Assembly (NCBI GenBank): GCA_964373045.1 | Contig: CAYJSI010000009.1 | Span: 1-63,383, forward strand | Length of the DNA: 63,383 nt | Source: an uncultured bacterium | GTDB taxonomy: Bacteria; Omnitrophota; Omnitrophia; Omnitrophales; Aquincolibacteriaceae | Direction of reading: 5' to 3' | Shown here: one piece after another, positions 10,101 to 18,052 of the stretch | Layout of the letters: every line of letters starts with the position of its first letter | Numbering within the stretch: the first letter of the stretch is position 1 | The notes under the pieces: generated by a model | What the model saw: the letters and a program-made list of their open reading frames with translations, nothing else | Databases searched by the model: none | What the model was told of the DNA's origin: nothing | Program-made: the position numbers and the translations under genes

Positions 10101-10560
10101 CCACGCCCCCCGCGACAAGACCTTCGACCTGTTCTCTGAAAACAGATTTGAGCTCGTCAAAGCTTACGTGGCCGAGTGAGGGGAGTTTTGTGCCGGGGCC
10201 GATCGAACCTGCAACAAAACGGGGATGATCGGGGGTGGAATACTTATCCGCTGCTTCGCGGGCCAGGTGCGCGGCTTTTTCGTTCAGCTCTTTGGCAAGA
10301 TGGGCAATGTCGTATTCGCCGAGCACGATGCGGTTCGAGCCGAAGCTGTCGGTCTCGATGGCGTCGCAGCCGACTTCAAGGAAGTTTTCATGGATCTTGC
10401 GGATCGCTTCCGGCTTGGTGAGGACAAGGTATTCGTTACAGCCGTCCTTGCCGCCAAAATCCTTGGGTGTAAGGTTGAGGACCTGGATATTTGTACCCAT
10501 CGCGCCGTCAAAGATGAGCACTTTCTTTTTCAGGAGGTCTAAAAAGGAGGTCGTGGCCAT
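7120..10560 (-). CDS. metH: B12-dependent methionine synthase
   Basis: DGAMGT, GGCCGT, KGDVHDIGKN cobalamin motif, RYSFGYPACP; 1146 aa. Confidence 0.97.
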   Translation of the reverse strand: MATTSFLDLLKKKVLIFDGAMGTNIQVLNLTPKDFGGKDGCNEYLVLTKPEAIRKIHENFLEVGCDAIETDSFGSNRIVLGEYDIAHLAKELNEKAAHLAREAADKYSTPDHPRFVAGSIGPGTKLPSLGHVSFDELKSVFREQVEGLVAGGVDILLIETCQDLLQAKIAVIAADEFFQESGKRLPIMCQVTFERTGTMLLGSEMGAVIAALEMLPIDVIGMNCATGPVEMADHLRHLCDYSTKPISALPNAGLPENVGGVAHYRLTPQELADFHERFVKGFGVSIVGGCCGTTPEHLKAVVNRLRGVKPKERAPKHEAACSSLYSAVTYGQDPPPLLVGEQTNANGSRKFKGLLEREDYDGLVGMAREATKEGAHAIDLCVAYVGRDETRDMIEAITRFNQQVTLPIVIDSTEWPVIEEALKRIGGKSIINSINLEDGEERMKRVCPLAKKYGAALVALTIDEKGMAKTRDEKLAIAKRIYDLATQKYGIRGEDLFFDTLTFTIGSGDKEFRNAGVETIEAIRLIKKNLPQVRTILGVSNISFGLDPVARHVLNSVFLHEAIAAGLDAAIVHAKKIMPIFKIPAEEIELCKNLIYNKSENGSEPIHVFMAYFDKKKGAAPKEVRKTASATVEESLKNKIIDGDKENLESELDRAMKKYKPLEIINTVLLDGMKVVGDLFGAGKMQLPFVLQSAEVMKRAVAYLEPFMEKVEGQEKGIIVLATVKGDVHDIGKNLVDIILTNNGYKVINLGIKQPIDNILKAAHEHKADAIGLSGLLVKSTLIMKEDLEEMNQRDITMPVICGGAALTRKYVEEDLAGLYKGEVYYGQDAFAGLRIMNELKNPERAERVTKTIKARGAKMEAAIDQRSAVGVVTRSAVEPAKSIPKAPFLGYRILTNIRMEEVFGWINKIALYRAQWQFKRGDLKHDEYEKMTRETIEPIFKELTARCLREKILQPKMIYGFYPCYSEGNDLVVLDETVKKEKVRFTFPRQKKEPYLCLSDFFRSKDSGELDIAGFQVVTVGAHASEVTKKLFESNQYTDYLYLHGLSVESAEGLAEYVHWMIRRDLGVGVADSKDRNEIFRQGYQGSRYSFGYPACPHLEDQVQLFQLVPAEKIGVSLTEEFQLVPEQSTSAIVVHHPKAKYFNI

Positions 10561-10576
10561 AGGTTAAAGAACGGGT

Positions 10577-10585
10577 ATTCTAGCA
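10577..10585 (-). promoter_or_regulatory. Extended -10 element for metH
   Basis: TGCTAGAAT on the minus strand, 16 nt upstream of the ATG; no SD in between. Confidence 0.5.
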
Positions 10586-10638
10586 TAACCCTTGAATCCT
10601 CCCAAGGTTCGCTTCAGAGCCCGATCTTCTCTCCTCCG

Positions 10639-10670
10639 TCCTTTTGGGTGTAACATCGGGGCGCTTTCGC
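10639..10670 (+). repeat. 32-bp direct repeat, copy 1 (flanks TA module)
   Basis: TCCTTTTGGGTGTAACATCGGGGCGCTTTCGC is 29/32 identical to 11331-11362. Confidence 0.85.
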
Positions 10671-10743
10671 TTAAACCCCTAACCGTCAGATTCTCAAAAT
10701 TCAGCTTGATTATTAGAATTAACAGGTTATTGTATTTAATAAC

Positions 10744-11016
10744 ATGTGGCGTATTCAAGAGCACCGGGATCTCAGCAGGATCTGCCGCAGGCTTCCGGTT
10801 CAGGTGGTTAAAAAATACGAACTCTGGAAAGGGATTGTTTTCCGGCACGGCCCTGAGAAACTAAAAGAGTTTCCGGGATTTCACGATGAAAGTCTGAAAG
10901 GAAGACGAGCGCGGCAAAGATCTTCACGTTTGAATTTGCAATACCGTGTGATCTGTTCCGTCGCGAGGGAAGTGGTCACGGTTTACGTTCTTGCGATTAC
11001 GCCCCTCCAGTATTAG
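10744..11016 (+). CDS. RelE/HigB-like mRNA interferase toxin (type II TA)
   Basis: 90 aa basic protein with GFHDESLKG..RSSRLNLQYRVI, directly upstream of an XRE HTH gene (toxin-first, HigBA-like order). Confidence 0.8.
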   Translation: MWRIQEHRDLSRICRRLPVQVVKKYELWKGIVFRHGPEKLKEFPGFHDESLKGRRARQRSSRLNLQYRVICSVAREVVTVYVLAITPLQY

Positions 11017-11026
11017 GAGGAAGTTT

Positions 11027-11305
11027 ATGAGTAAATACAAGCCCGATGATTTTCTTCCAGCCCGGTCGCAGGCAACGCTTTCGACCGGGGAAGTGATCCG
11101 TATGCTTCGTGATTTAAAGGGCTGGACCCAGAAAGAACTGGCCAAACGCTCCGGGATCAACGAAACGAATCTCAGCCTTCTGGAAAACGAAAAAATTGAG
11201 ATTGGAAAACGCCGTGCCAAACAGCTGGCGGAGGCCTTCTCCGTTCATCCCGCTCTTATCATGTTTCCCGATTACGAAAGCGAAGAGATCCGGAAAGCCG
11301 CGTAA
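11027..11305 (+). CDS. XRE-family HTH antitoxin (HigA-like)
   Basis: IRMLRDLKGWTQKELAKRSGINETNLSLLEN HTH; AGGAGG SD before ATG at 11027. Confidence 0.85.
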   Translation: MSKYKPDDFLPARSQATLSTGEVIRMLRDLKGWTQKELAKRSGINETNLSLLENEKIEIGKRRAKQLAEAFSVHPALIMFPDYESEEIRKAA

Positions 11306-11330
11306 ACGATCCCCCCCCACTCTCTTTCAA

Positions 11331-11362
11331 TCCTTTTGGGTGTAGAATCGGAGCGCTTTCGC
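11331..11362 (+). repeat. 32-bp direct repeat, copy 2
   Basis: TCCTTTTGGGTGTAGAATCGGAGCGCTTTCGC; contains a TAGAAT -10-like hexamer. Confidence 0.85.
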
Positions 11363-11380
11363 CGGGTGAGGGGAAAGCCT

Positions 11381-11490
11381 AATTACGACGCTGGCGTCGT
11401 AATTGAAAAACAGACGCCGAGAGACCTTAAAAATCCGCGACGTCGCGGAAATTGGACCCTAACCCAAAACGCTTGGCTTGAGCGTTTTGG
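11381..11490. repeat. Cluster of three unrelated short palindromes
   Basis: AATTACGACGC-TG-GCGTCGTAATT (11381-11404), TCCGCGACGTCGCGGA (11434-11449), CCAAAACGCT-N7-AGCGTTTTGG (11464-11490). Confidence 0.75.
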
Positions 11491-11567
11491 AAAAAACAAT
11501 TAAATAGGTCCCTTTTGGGTCAGCTCACGTTACCGTAAGAACCGGCACTGATTGAATAACCGTCGAA

Positions 11568-12395
11568 ATGAAAAAGTCTCAAAAAATACAAAAAATCGCT
11601 GAGTTGCTGAGGGATTGCAAAAGCATTCTGTTCATCACCGGGGCTGGGATCTCTGCCGATTCGGGACTGCCGACCTACCGGGGGGAGGGGGGACTCTATG
11701 AAAACGAAGTCACGGAAGAAGGGATCCCCATCGAGATGGCTCTTGCGGGCGAAATGCTTCGAACCAAGCCTGAAATCACCTGGAAATATCTTTCACGGAT
11801 CGAGCAAGGGTGTCGATCGGCACGGCACAACCGGGCCCATGAGATTTTATCTGAGATGGAGCGGCATTTTGAACGGGTCTGGATTTTGACTCAGAATATA
11901 GACGGCTTTCATCATTCGGCAGGCTCGAAAAATGTGATTGATATTCATGGAGATATGCACCGTATCTCCTGCACGCGATGCGGCTGGAAAACAAGGGTTG
12001 CCGATTATAGTGCTCTCGACATCCCTCCCAAATGTCCTCAATGTCGTTCCATTGCGAGGCCCGATGTGGTTTTCTTTGGGGAATTGCTTCCTGTCGATAA
12101 AGTGGATCTCATGGAACGAGAACTCAGTCAGATGTTTGATATTTATTTTTCCGTGGGGACAACAAGCGTTTTCCCGTATATCAGTCAACCGATGCTGTTG
12201 GCGTCTCGTCTTGGAAAACCTACCATCGAAATCAATCCCCATAAAACTGAAATTTCAAATTCGGTTGGCATCAAAATATCGTTGGGTGCCGCAGAAGCCC
12301 TTGAAGCTATTTGGAAAGAATACAGAAAATTAACTGGTAAAACGGTACCTGGTACCGAGCAAAAACGGTCCCCTGTACCATTGAACCTCAAGTGA
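11568..12395 (+). CDS. cobB: NAD-dependent protein deacylase (Sir2/CobB family)
   Basis: GAGISADSGLPTYRG, TQNIDGFH, IHG, CxxC..CxxC, RPDVVFFGE. Confidence 0.9.
   Translation: MKKSQKIQKIAELLRDCKSILFITGAGISADSGLPTYRGEGGLYENEVTEEGIPIEMALAGEMLRTKPEITWKYLSRIEQGCRSARHNRAHEILSEMERHFERVWILTQNIDGFHHSAGSKNVIDIHGDMHRISCTRCGWKTRVADYSALDIPPKCPQCRSIARPDVVFFGELLPVDKVDLMERELSQMFDIYFSVGTTSVFPYISQPMLLASRLGKPTIEINPHKTEISNSVGIKISLGAAEALEAIWKEYRKLTGKTVPGTEQKRSPVPLNLK
12339..12379 (+). repeat. Tandem degenerate palindromic repeat in the cobB 3' tail
   Basis: AAAACGGTACCTGGTACC followed by AAAACGGTCCCCTGTACC; same pattern as GGTGCCTGGCACC at 59184. Confidence 0.6.
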
Positions 12396-12751
12396 CAGGA
12401 AACTCCTCCGAGAAATTCAGGCAGGGGATTTTGCATTTCAATCAAAAAGAATTTTTTGAAGCCCACGAAGTGTGGGAAGCCATTTGGTTGAAGGCCCCCG
12501 ATGGCCTCCGGGATCTTTACAAAGGCCTGATTCAGTCCGCGGTGGCGCTTCACCATGCGGTGCGCGGGAACCTTCGAGGCGCGCTCAAGGTGTACCGCAC
12601 CTCGATGGCTTATCTCGAAAATTATCCGCCCGACGCCCTGGGCCTTGACCTTGAAAAATTCAGAAGGGAATTGATCGATTACTTTGCGGCCTTCGAGCGC
12701 TCCCGCGATGCCGCAGGGCTTGAAATTCCTTTCCTGAAAGTGAAACCGTGA
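12392..12751 (+). CDS. DUF309-family protein
   Basis: FN..EFFEAHEVWEAIW and KGLIQSAVALHH signature. Confidence 0.85.
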   Translation: MTGNSSEKFRQGILHFNQKEFFEAHEVWEAIWLKAPDGLRDLYKGLIQSAVALHHAVRGNLRGALKVYRTSMAYLENYPPDALGLDLEKFRRELIDYFAAFERSRDAAGLEIPFLKVKP

Positions 12752-12788
12752 GCATCTACAACAGTCCCCAAAGGGGCAGGATGAAAGG

Positions 12789-13100
12789 ATGATCCGAGTC
12801 GAACACTGGGACGCAAAAAAAGACGGGGCGTTTTCGGAAAAGGCGCTTCGCAAGAAATTGGAAAAGCTGGGCTACGCGGTCTCGCGTTATATTTACCCGC
12901 CCAGAACTTTTTTTCCGGATCACACGCACCCAATCGATAAAATGGATGCCGTGGTCTCGGGCCGTTTCCGCATGACGACAAAAGAAGGCTTTGTTATTTT
13001 GGAAGCGGGGGACCTGCTCGCCGTACCGCGCGGCACCGTCCACAGTGCGGAAGTCGTGGGCGATGAATCCGTTCTCAGCCTTGACGCCACGAAGCGCTAA
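12789..13100 (+). CDS. Cupin-domain protein
   Basis: FPDHTH and AGDLLAVPRGTVHSAEV cupin motifs. Confidence 0.85.
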   Translation: MIRVEHWDAKKDGAFSEKALRKKLEKLGYAVSRYIYPPRTFFPDHTHPIDKMDAVVSGRFRMTTKEGFVILEAGDLLAVPRGTVHSAEVVGDESVLSLDATKR

Positions 13101-13145
13101 AAACACTGCCGTTTTTTCCTCGAGTTTGGTATCATCTCTCACTCC

Positions 13146-14048
13146 ATGAAAATAAAAGATTACTACGCCAATCAGAAACACACCTTTTCCTTTGAATTTT
13201 TTCCGCCAAAATCAGACGAAGGGGAAGCGAAGCTTTTTGATACCCTCCGCGAGCTTAAAAAGCTCAACCCTTCTTTCGTGACCTGCACCTACGGGGCGAT
13301 GGGGACCACCCGCGCCAATACGATCCGCATTGTCACACGCATCAAAAAGGAAATCGGCCTTGAGGCTGCGGCACACCTCACGTGCGTCGGGCATACTCGG
13401 GATGAAATCGAAAACGTTTTAAGCGAGATTAAAAAAAACGGCGTGGAAAATATCGTGGCCCTGCGCGGCGATCCGCCCAAGGGTGAAACCGAATTCAAAC
13501 CCGTCGCCAATGGTTTTCGCTATGCCTCAGAGCTAGTGGCCTTTATCCGCCAGCACCCGGAGTTTGCCAAAAGTTTTTCGCTTGCGGTGGCCGGTTATCC
13601 CGAAACTCATATCGAATGCCGCGACAAAAAGAAGGACCTGGAACACTTAAAACACAAAGTAGACCAGGGGGCGGATGTCGTGATCACCCAGCTTTTTTTT
13701 GGGGTCACCGACTATTTTCGTTTCGTGGAAGCAGCCAGAAAAATTGGGATCGGCCTTCCCATTGTGCCCGGCATTATGCCCGTGACGCACGGGCCTCAGA
13801 TTCAGAAGTTTGCTGCCATGTGCGGCGCCGCCATTCCGCGCGAAATGGAGGAAGCGATTAAACGATTCGGAGAGGATCAGGCGTCGATCGAAGCTTACGG
13901 AATTGAATATGCGACGCGCCAGTGCGATGAACTTTTAAAAAACGGAGCGCCCGGCCTTCATTTTTACACCCTCAATAAATCCCAAGCCACCCGCCAGATT
14001 TACCTTCATTTAGGATTGGTGAAGACCTTGAATGGATCGTCCTTCTGA
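13146..14048 (+). CDS. metF: 5,10-methylenetetrahydrofolate reductase
   Basis: FSFEFFPPK, TYGA, AHLTC, ALRGD, AGYPE, ITQLFF, HFYTLN. Confidence 0.96.
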   Translation: MKIKDYYANQKHTFSFEFFPPKSDEGEAKLFDTLRELKKLNPSFVTCTYGAMGTTRANTIRIVTRIKKEIGLEAAAHLTCVGHTRDEIENVLSEIKKNGVENIVALRGDPPKGETEFKPVANGFRYASELVAFIRQHPEFAKSFSLAVAGYPETHIECRDKKKDLEHLKHKVDQGADVVITQLFFGVTDYFRFVEAARKIGIGLPIVPGIMPVTHGPQIQKFAAMCGAAIPREMEEAIKRFGEDQASIEAYGIEYATRQCDELLKNGAPGLHFYTLNKSQATRQIYLHLGLVKTLNGSSF

Positions 14049-14519
14049 TCCCGCCTTTGGCGAGAGAGGAATCTCAAAAGACCGGCTGGACCCTGTCTCA
14101 TAGTATTCCTCAATGGCCTCGCGAATGTCAGTGGGAAGGCAAAGGACGGTTCGGATATCCTTCAATTTCGTAAGCGACTTCAACTCCGTTTCCGGCCAGA
14201 CGTTTAAGGGGTCCGCGATACCGATAATGAGCACATCCTGGCGTGTTTCAATCGGCATGAGTTCATATTTTTCAGCAATGCTGCGGGGGATGAGTTCAAC
14301 GGCCGCTGGATTCACCCTGATCCGTTTTAATTCGACAAAGCGCATACCGGACTGCTCGGCGAGTGCGCGGTAAAGAATGCCGGGGGTGAGGAGCCCCTTT
14401 CGAATCAAGATTTGACCCACGAGTTCGCGTGTTTGTTCCTGTTCCGCGAGTGCGGCCTTAAGATCGTCCCAGGTGATAAATTTCTTCTGAATTAAAAGCT
14501 CACCGATGTGCCATGTCAT
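14010..14519 (-). CDS. Stand-alone MshEN / GspE-PilB N-terminal domain protein
   Basis: Tandem motifs HIGELLIQKKFITWDDLKAALAEQ and LVGQILIRKGLLTPGILYRALAEQ, then IPRSIAEKY..IADP. No ATPase domain. Confidence 0.8.
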   Translation of the reverse strand: MTWHIGELLIQKKFITWDDLKAALAEQEQTRELVGQILIRKGLLTPGILYRALAEQSGMRFVELKRIRVNPAAVELIPRSIAEKYELMPIETRQDVLIIGIADPLNVWPETELKSLTKLKDIRTVLCLPTDIREAIEEYYETGSSRSFEIPLSPKAGSEGRSIQGLHQS

Positions 14520-14564
14520 AACGCCCAACCCCTTGACTAAAAATCCCCTCGTAAGGAGGTATCG

Positions 14565-14593
14565 TTGACACCCCGAGGGGGGTGTCATATAAT
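14565..14593 (+). promoter_or_regulatory. Consensus sigma70 promoter for the lysS operon
   Basis: TTGACA-17 nt-TATAAT exact match, overlapped by the inverted repeat TGACACCCC-GAGG-GGGGTGTCA. Confidence 0.85.
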
Positions 14594-14641
14594 TCGTCAT
14601 TTATCGCTAACTCTTTAAATTTCAAGGTGTAAGGAAAAAAG

Positions 14642-16021
14642 ATGACATCCCCATCCAGCTACGGAAGCCGCTTTTTGCCCGTGGAGTCGATTGGCTCCAT
14701 TCTCGAGAACTTTATCGCGGAGAGATCGGTCCGGGCAGCCGGGCGGCTCATGGCCCGGCGCGTCATGGGCAAAAGCACGTTTGGGGACCTCAAGGATGAG
14801 TCAGAGCGCATCCAAGTGTATGCCAAAAAAGATCTCTTGGGCGATGAGCCTTATCAGGCCTTTGAATCGCTTTCACTCGGAGACATTGTCGGCATCGAGG
14901 GGACACTTTTCGTTTCCAAGACAGGTGAAAAAAGTATCCGAGTCGAACGATATACCGTCCTTGCAAAAATTGTCCGGACACTTCCTGAAAAATGGCACGG
15001 TTTAAAAGACGTGGAGGCGCGTTATCGCCACCGCTATGTGGATTTGATCGTCAACGACGATGTGCGCGAAACCTTCAAGAAACGCAGTCAAATGGTGCGG
15101 GAGATCCGGAAATTTCTGGACGACCGCGGGTTTATGGAAGTCGAAACACCGATGATGCAGCCCATCCCGGGCGGGGCACGGGCCAAGCCTTTTATGACGC
15201 ACCACAACACCCTTCATACTGATCTCTATCTTCGTGTAGCGCCCGAACTTTATCTGAAGCGTCTTTTGGTCGGGGGTTTTGAAAAAGTTTACGAGATCAA
15301 CCGCAGCTTCCGAAACGAGGGCATCTCGGTGAGGCATAATCCCGAGTTTACTATGCTTGAACTTTACCAGGCCTACGCCGATTACACGGATATGATGCAG
15401 ATCACGGAAGACTTGATTTCGGATCTCGTGTTCAAACTTTACGGCAAAGAGGAGATTCCGTACGGCGAGAAGACGCTCAATTTTAAGCGCCCCTGGCGCC
15501 GCGTCTCCTTTTACGGAGCGCTTCAGGAGAAAACCGGCCTTGATTTCCGAAAGGCCAATCTTCGGGAGGCGGCGAAGAAGCTTCATCTGGAAGTTACACC
15601 TCAGACGGAAGATGTCGATATTTTAAATGAAATTTTTGGGCTCAAGGTGGAAGAGGATCTCTGGCAGCCCACCTTTGTGGTGGATTATCCGACGGTGATG
15701 ACACCCCTGGCCAAGGCCAAGGAAGACGACCCGAGCCTGACGTATCGATTTGAACTTTTTATCGCCAAAATGGAAATCGCAAACGCTTTTTCGGAGTTAA
15801 ATGACCCCGCCCTCCAGCGCGAGAGGCTTGTGGCGCAAAAAGAAATGATGGGAGAGCACAAAGTGCTCGATGAAGATTTTCTTCAGGCGCTCGAATACGG
15901 CATGCCCCCGGCGGGAGGACTTGGAATCGGGATCGACCGGCTCGTGATGCTATTGACCAATCATCATTCGATCCGGGAAGTGATTTTATTTCCACAGTTA
16001 AAACCGGAACCGCAGGCTTAA
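14642..16021 (+). CDS. lysS: Lysine--tRNA ligase (class II)
   Basis: [52 protein letters not shown]. Confidence 0.97.
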   Translation: MTSPSSYGSRFLPVESIGSILENFIAERSVRAAGRLMARRVMGKSTFGDLKDESERIQVYAKKDLLGDEPYQAFESLSLGDIVGIEGTLFVSKTGEKSIRVERYTVLAKIVRTLPEKWHGLKDVEARYRHRYVDLIVNDDVRETFKKRSQMVREIRKFLDDRGFMEVETPMMQPIPGGARAKPFMTHHNTLHTDLYLRVAPELYLKRLLVGGFEKVYEINRSFRNEGISVRHNPEFTMLELYQAYADYTDMMQITEDLISDLVFKLYGKEEIPYGEKTLNFKRPWRRVSFYGALQEKTGLDFRKANLREAAKKLHLEVTPQTEDVDILNEIFGLKVEEDLWQPTFVVDYPTVMTPLAKAKEDDPSLTYRFELFIAKMEIANAFSELNDPALQRERLVAQKEMMGEHKVLDEDFLQALEYGMPPAGGLGIGIDRLVMLLTNHHSIREVILFPQLKPEPQA

Positions 16022-16024
16022 TTT

Positions 16025-17326
16025 ATGGGATTTGAGACTTTTATCGCCAAAAAGCATCTCACGCACCGAAGAAAGACGGGATTTATTTCCCTGATCTCGA
16101 TCATTTCAATCGGGGGCGTGGCCGTGGGTGTGATGGCCTTGATCGTGGTGCTGGCCGTGATGAGCGGTTTTGATCGCGAGCTTAAAAACAAAATCGTGAA
16201 TGTGCAGCCTCACCTTCGCATCGAAAAAAGTGGCGGCGTGGAAAACCCCCATGCCGACATCGGGTTCATTCAAAACTTAGGCGTTCCCGGCATTCGAAGT
16301 ATTGCCTCTTTCGTGGAAGGACAGGCCATTTTGCGTTCCGAGGAAAACGCCACGGGCGTGATCGTCAAGGGGCTTGATTCAGCGCGCGAGGATTTATCCA
16401 TTTACGCGAGCCACGTGATTGAAGGGGAGCTTGATTTTAGGGATATCGTCACGACGAAAAAAAAGCGTTGGCTCTTATTCTTCACGAAGACCGTCGAGAC
16501 GCGGATGGGCAGCCTTTTTATCGGAGAGGAACTTGCCAGCCGCCTTCATGTGAGGGTGGGCGATACGACTTCTCTTATTTCTCCCTTTCAGGATCCAAAG
16601 AGGCCGAATCTCTTAGCGCGGGCGGAGGCGCGGAGTTTCATCGTCCGGGGTATTTTTCGTATTGGCATGAATGATTTTGATACGGCGCTCGCCTTGATCG
16701 ATGTCAAGCAGGCGCAGGCTATGTATCATTTAGGATCTTCCGTGACGGGCCTCAGCCTGCGATTTGAACATGTGGACGATGCGGAAAAGTGGAAACTAAG
16801 ATTTCGGAGCGAGTTTTCGGCCGATTACTACATTCGCTCCTGGTATGACATGAATCACAATTTCTTCCAGGCCTTGAAGGTGGAAAAGTCCGTCATGACC
16901 ATTCTGCTGGCCTTGATCATCCTCGTGGCCATTTTCAATATTGTCTCGACCCTGATTATGGTGGTCATGGAAAAGACAAAGGATATCGGTATCTTAAGGG
17001 CCCTTGGCGCCACCCGCGCCAGCATCCGGAAGATTTTTGTGCTGGAAGGATTCAGCATCGGTCTTTTGGGGGTGGTGAGCGGAGCGATGATCGGAGTTCT
17101 CCTGGCCCTCAACCTCAACCCTGTTTCTGACTTTATCAAAAAGACCACAGGCCTTGAGGTCTTTCCAAGCGATATTTATTATTTTGACCGCATCCCGGCC
17201 GAGATCCATCCCGAGGATGTGATCCTTACCATCGGATTTGCCATGCTGGCTTCCATGTTAGCGGGCCTTTACCCGGCGCATCGGGCCGCCTGCCTGAATC
17301 CCGTGGAGGCGCTCCGCTATGAATAA
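16025..17326 (+). CDS. lolE: Lipoprotein-releasing ABC permease LolC/LolE
   Basis: GVAVGVMALIVVLAVMSGF, FNIVSTLIMVVMEKTKDIGILRALG, YPAHRAA..P.EALRYE. Confidence 0.9.
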   Translation: MGFETFIAKKHLTHRRKTGFISLISIISIGGVAVGVMALIVVLAVMSGFDRELKNKIVNVQPHLRIEKSGGVENPHADIGFIQNLGVPGIRSIASFVEGQAILRSEENATGVIVKGLDSAREDLSIYASHVIEGELDFRDIVTTKKKRWLLFFTKTVETRMGSLFIGEELASRLHVRVGDTTSLISPFQDPKRPNLLARAEARSFIVRGIFRIGMNDFDTALALIDVKQAQAMYHLGSSVTGLSLRFEHVDDAEKWKLRFRSEFSADYYIRSWYDMNHNFFQALKVEKSVMTILLALIILVAIFNIVSTLIMVVMEKTKDIGILRALGATRASIRKIFVLEGFSIGLLGVVSGAMIGVLLALNLNPVSDFIKKTTGLEVFPSDIYYFDRIPAEIHPEDVILTIGFAMLASMLAGLYPAHRAACLNPVEALRYE

Positions 17327-18032
17327 AGCGAATGCGCCTTTGATCGAGACCTACGATCTCAGAAAAGATTACGATTCGCCGGCGGGCAGGCTAGCGGTCT
17401 TAAAGGGAATTCATTTTACGGTGCGTGCGGGTGAAATGAATTTCATCATCGGCCGTTCAGGTTCCGGGAAATCATCTTTTCTACATCTCTTAGGAGGTCT
17501 TGATCAGCCCACTGCGGGCAAGATCATGTTTGAGGGAGAAGAGATGACGGCGATGAGCGAACGAGCCCTTGCCCGCATCCGGAACAGGCGGCTTGCCTTT
17601 GTGTTTCAGTTTTATCATCTCCTGCCCGAGCTCACGCTTCTTGAGAATGTCCTTTTGCCGACCATGATTGCCGGCAAGCGCGATGAAAAGTGGGCGAAGG
17701 AATTGCTGCGGCGCGTGAAACTTCTGAGCCGCCAGGATCATTACCCCTCGGAACTTTCGGGCGGCGAGCAGCAGCGCGCCGCCATTGCCCGCGCGCTTGC
17801 CAATCACCCTTCCGTGGTCTTATGCGATGAGCCGACGGGTAATTTGGACCAAGAGACCGCGGAGTCAGTTCTTTCGCTTTTAACCGATTTAAATCGCGAA
17901 GAAAGTCAGGCCTTTGTTGTGGTGACCCACGATGAAGCCCTTGCCTGGCGTTACGAAAGGGTTTTTCGTTTGGTCGACGGCGTTCTCCTTCCGGAGGATC
18001 GCGGCAGGGTGTCCGTCGAACACGCGCAGTAA
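17319..18032 (+). CDS. lolD: Lipoprotein-releasing ABC ATPase LolD
   Basis: GRSGSGKS, FQFYHLLPE, LSGGEQQR, DEPTGNLD; follows lolE. Confidence 0.9.
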   Translation: MNKANAPLIETYDLRKDYDSPAGRLAVLKGIHFTVRAGEMNFIIGRSGSGKSSFLHLLGGLDQPTAGKIMFEGEEMTAMSERALARIRNRRLAFVFQFYHLLPELTLLENVLLPTMIAGKRDEKWAKELLRRVKLLSRQDHYPSELSGGEQQRAAIARALANHPSVVLCDEPTGNLDQETAESVLSLLTDLNREESQAFVVVTHDEALAWRYERVFRLVDGVLLPEDRGRVSVEHAQ

Positions 18033-18052
18033 AATTTTTAAGGAGAAAACGC

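Noticed and set aside
7264..10567. Many plus-strand ORFs opposite metH, and similar antisense ORFs throughout the window
   Set aside because: These are shadow ORFs of GC-rich coding sequence with no recognisable motifs or RBS.
10586..10650. Possible SAM-I riboswitch upstream of metH (GAGAGA..GGGCTCTGAAGC on the minus strand)
   Set aside because: The P1 AUC/GAU pairing and the GCAAC and GUGC core are not found, and the likely extended -10 lies downstream of it, only 16 nt from the ATG.
11331..11567. CRISPR-like array or integron attC sites around the TA module
   Set aside because: The palindromes differ from each other with no repeat-spacer periodicity. There is no convincing RYYYAAC/GTTRRRY pair and no cas or intI gene in the window.
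14642..14720. LysS appears short at the N-terminus
   Set aside because: The OB-fold and catalytic motifs are intact with a good promoter and SD. N-terminal length varies in this family, so it is not called a pseudogene.
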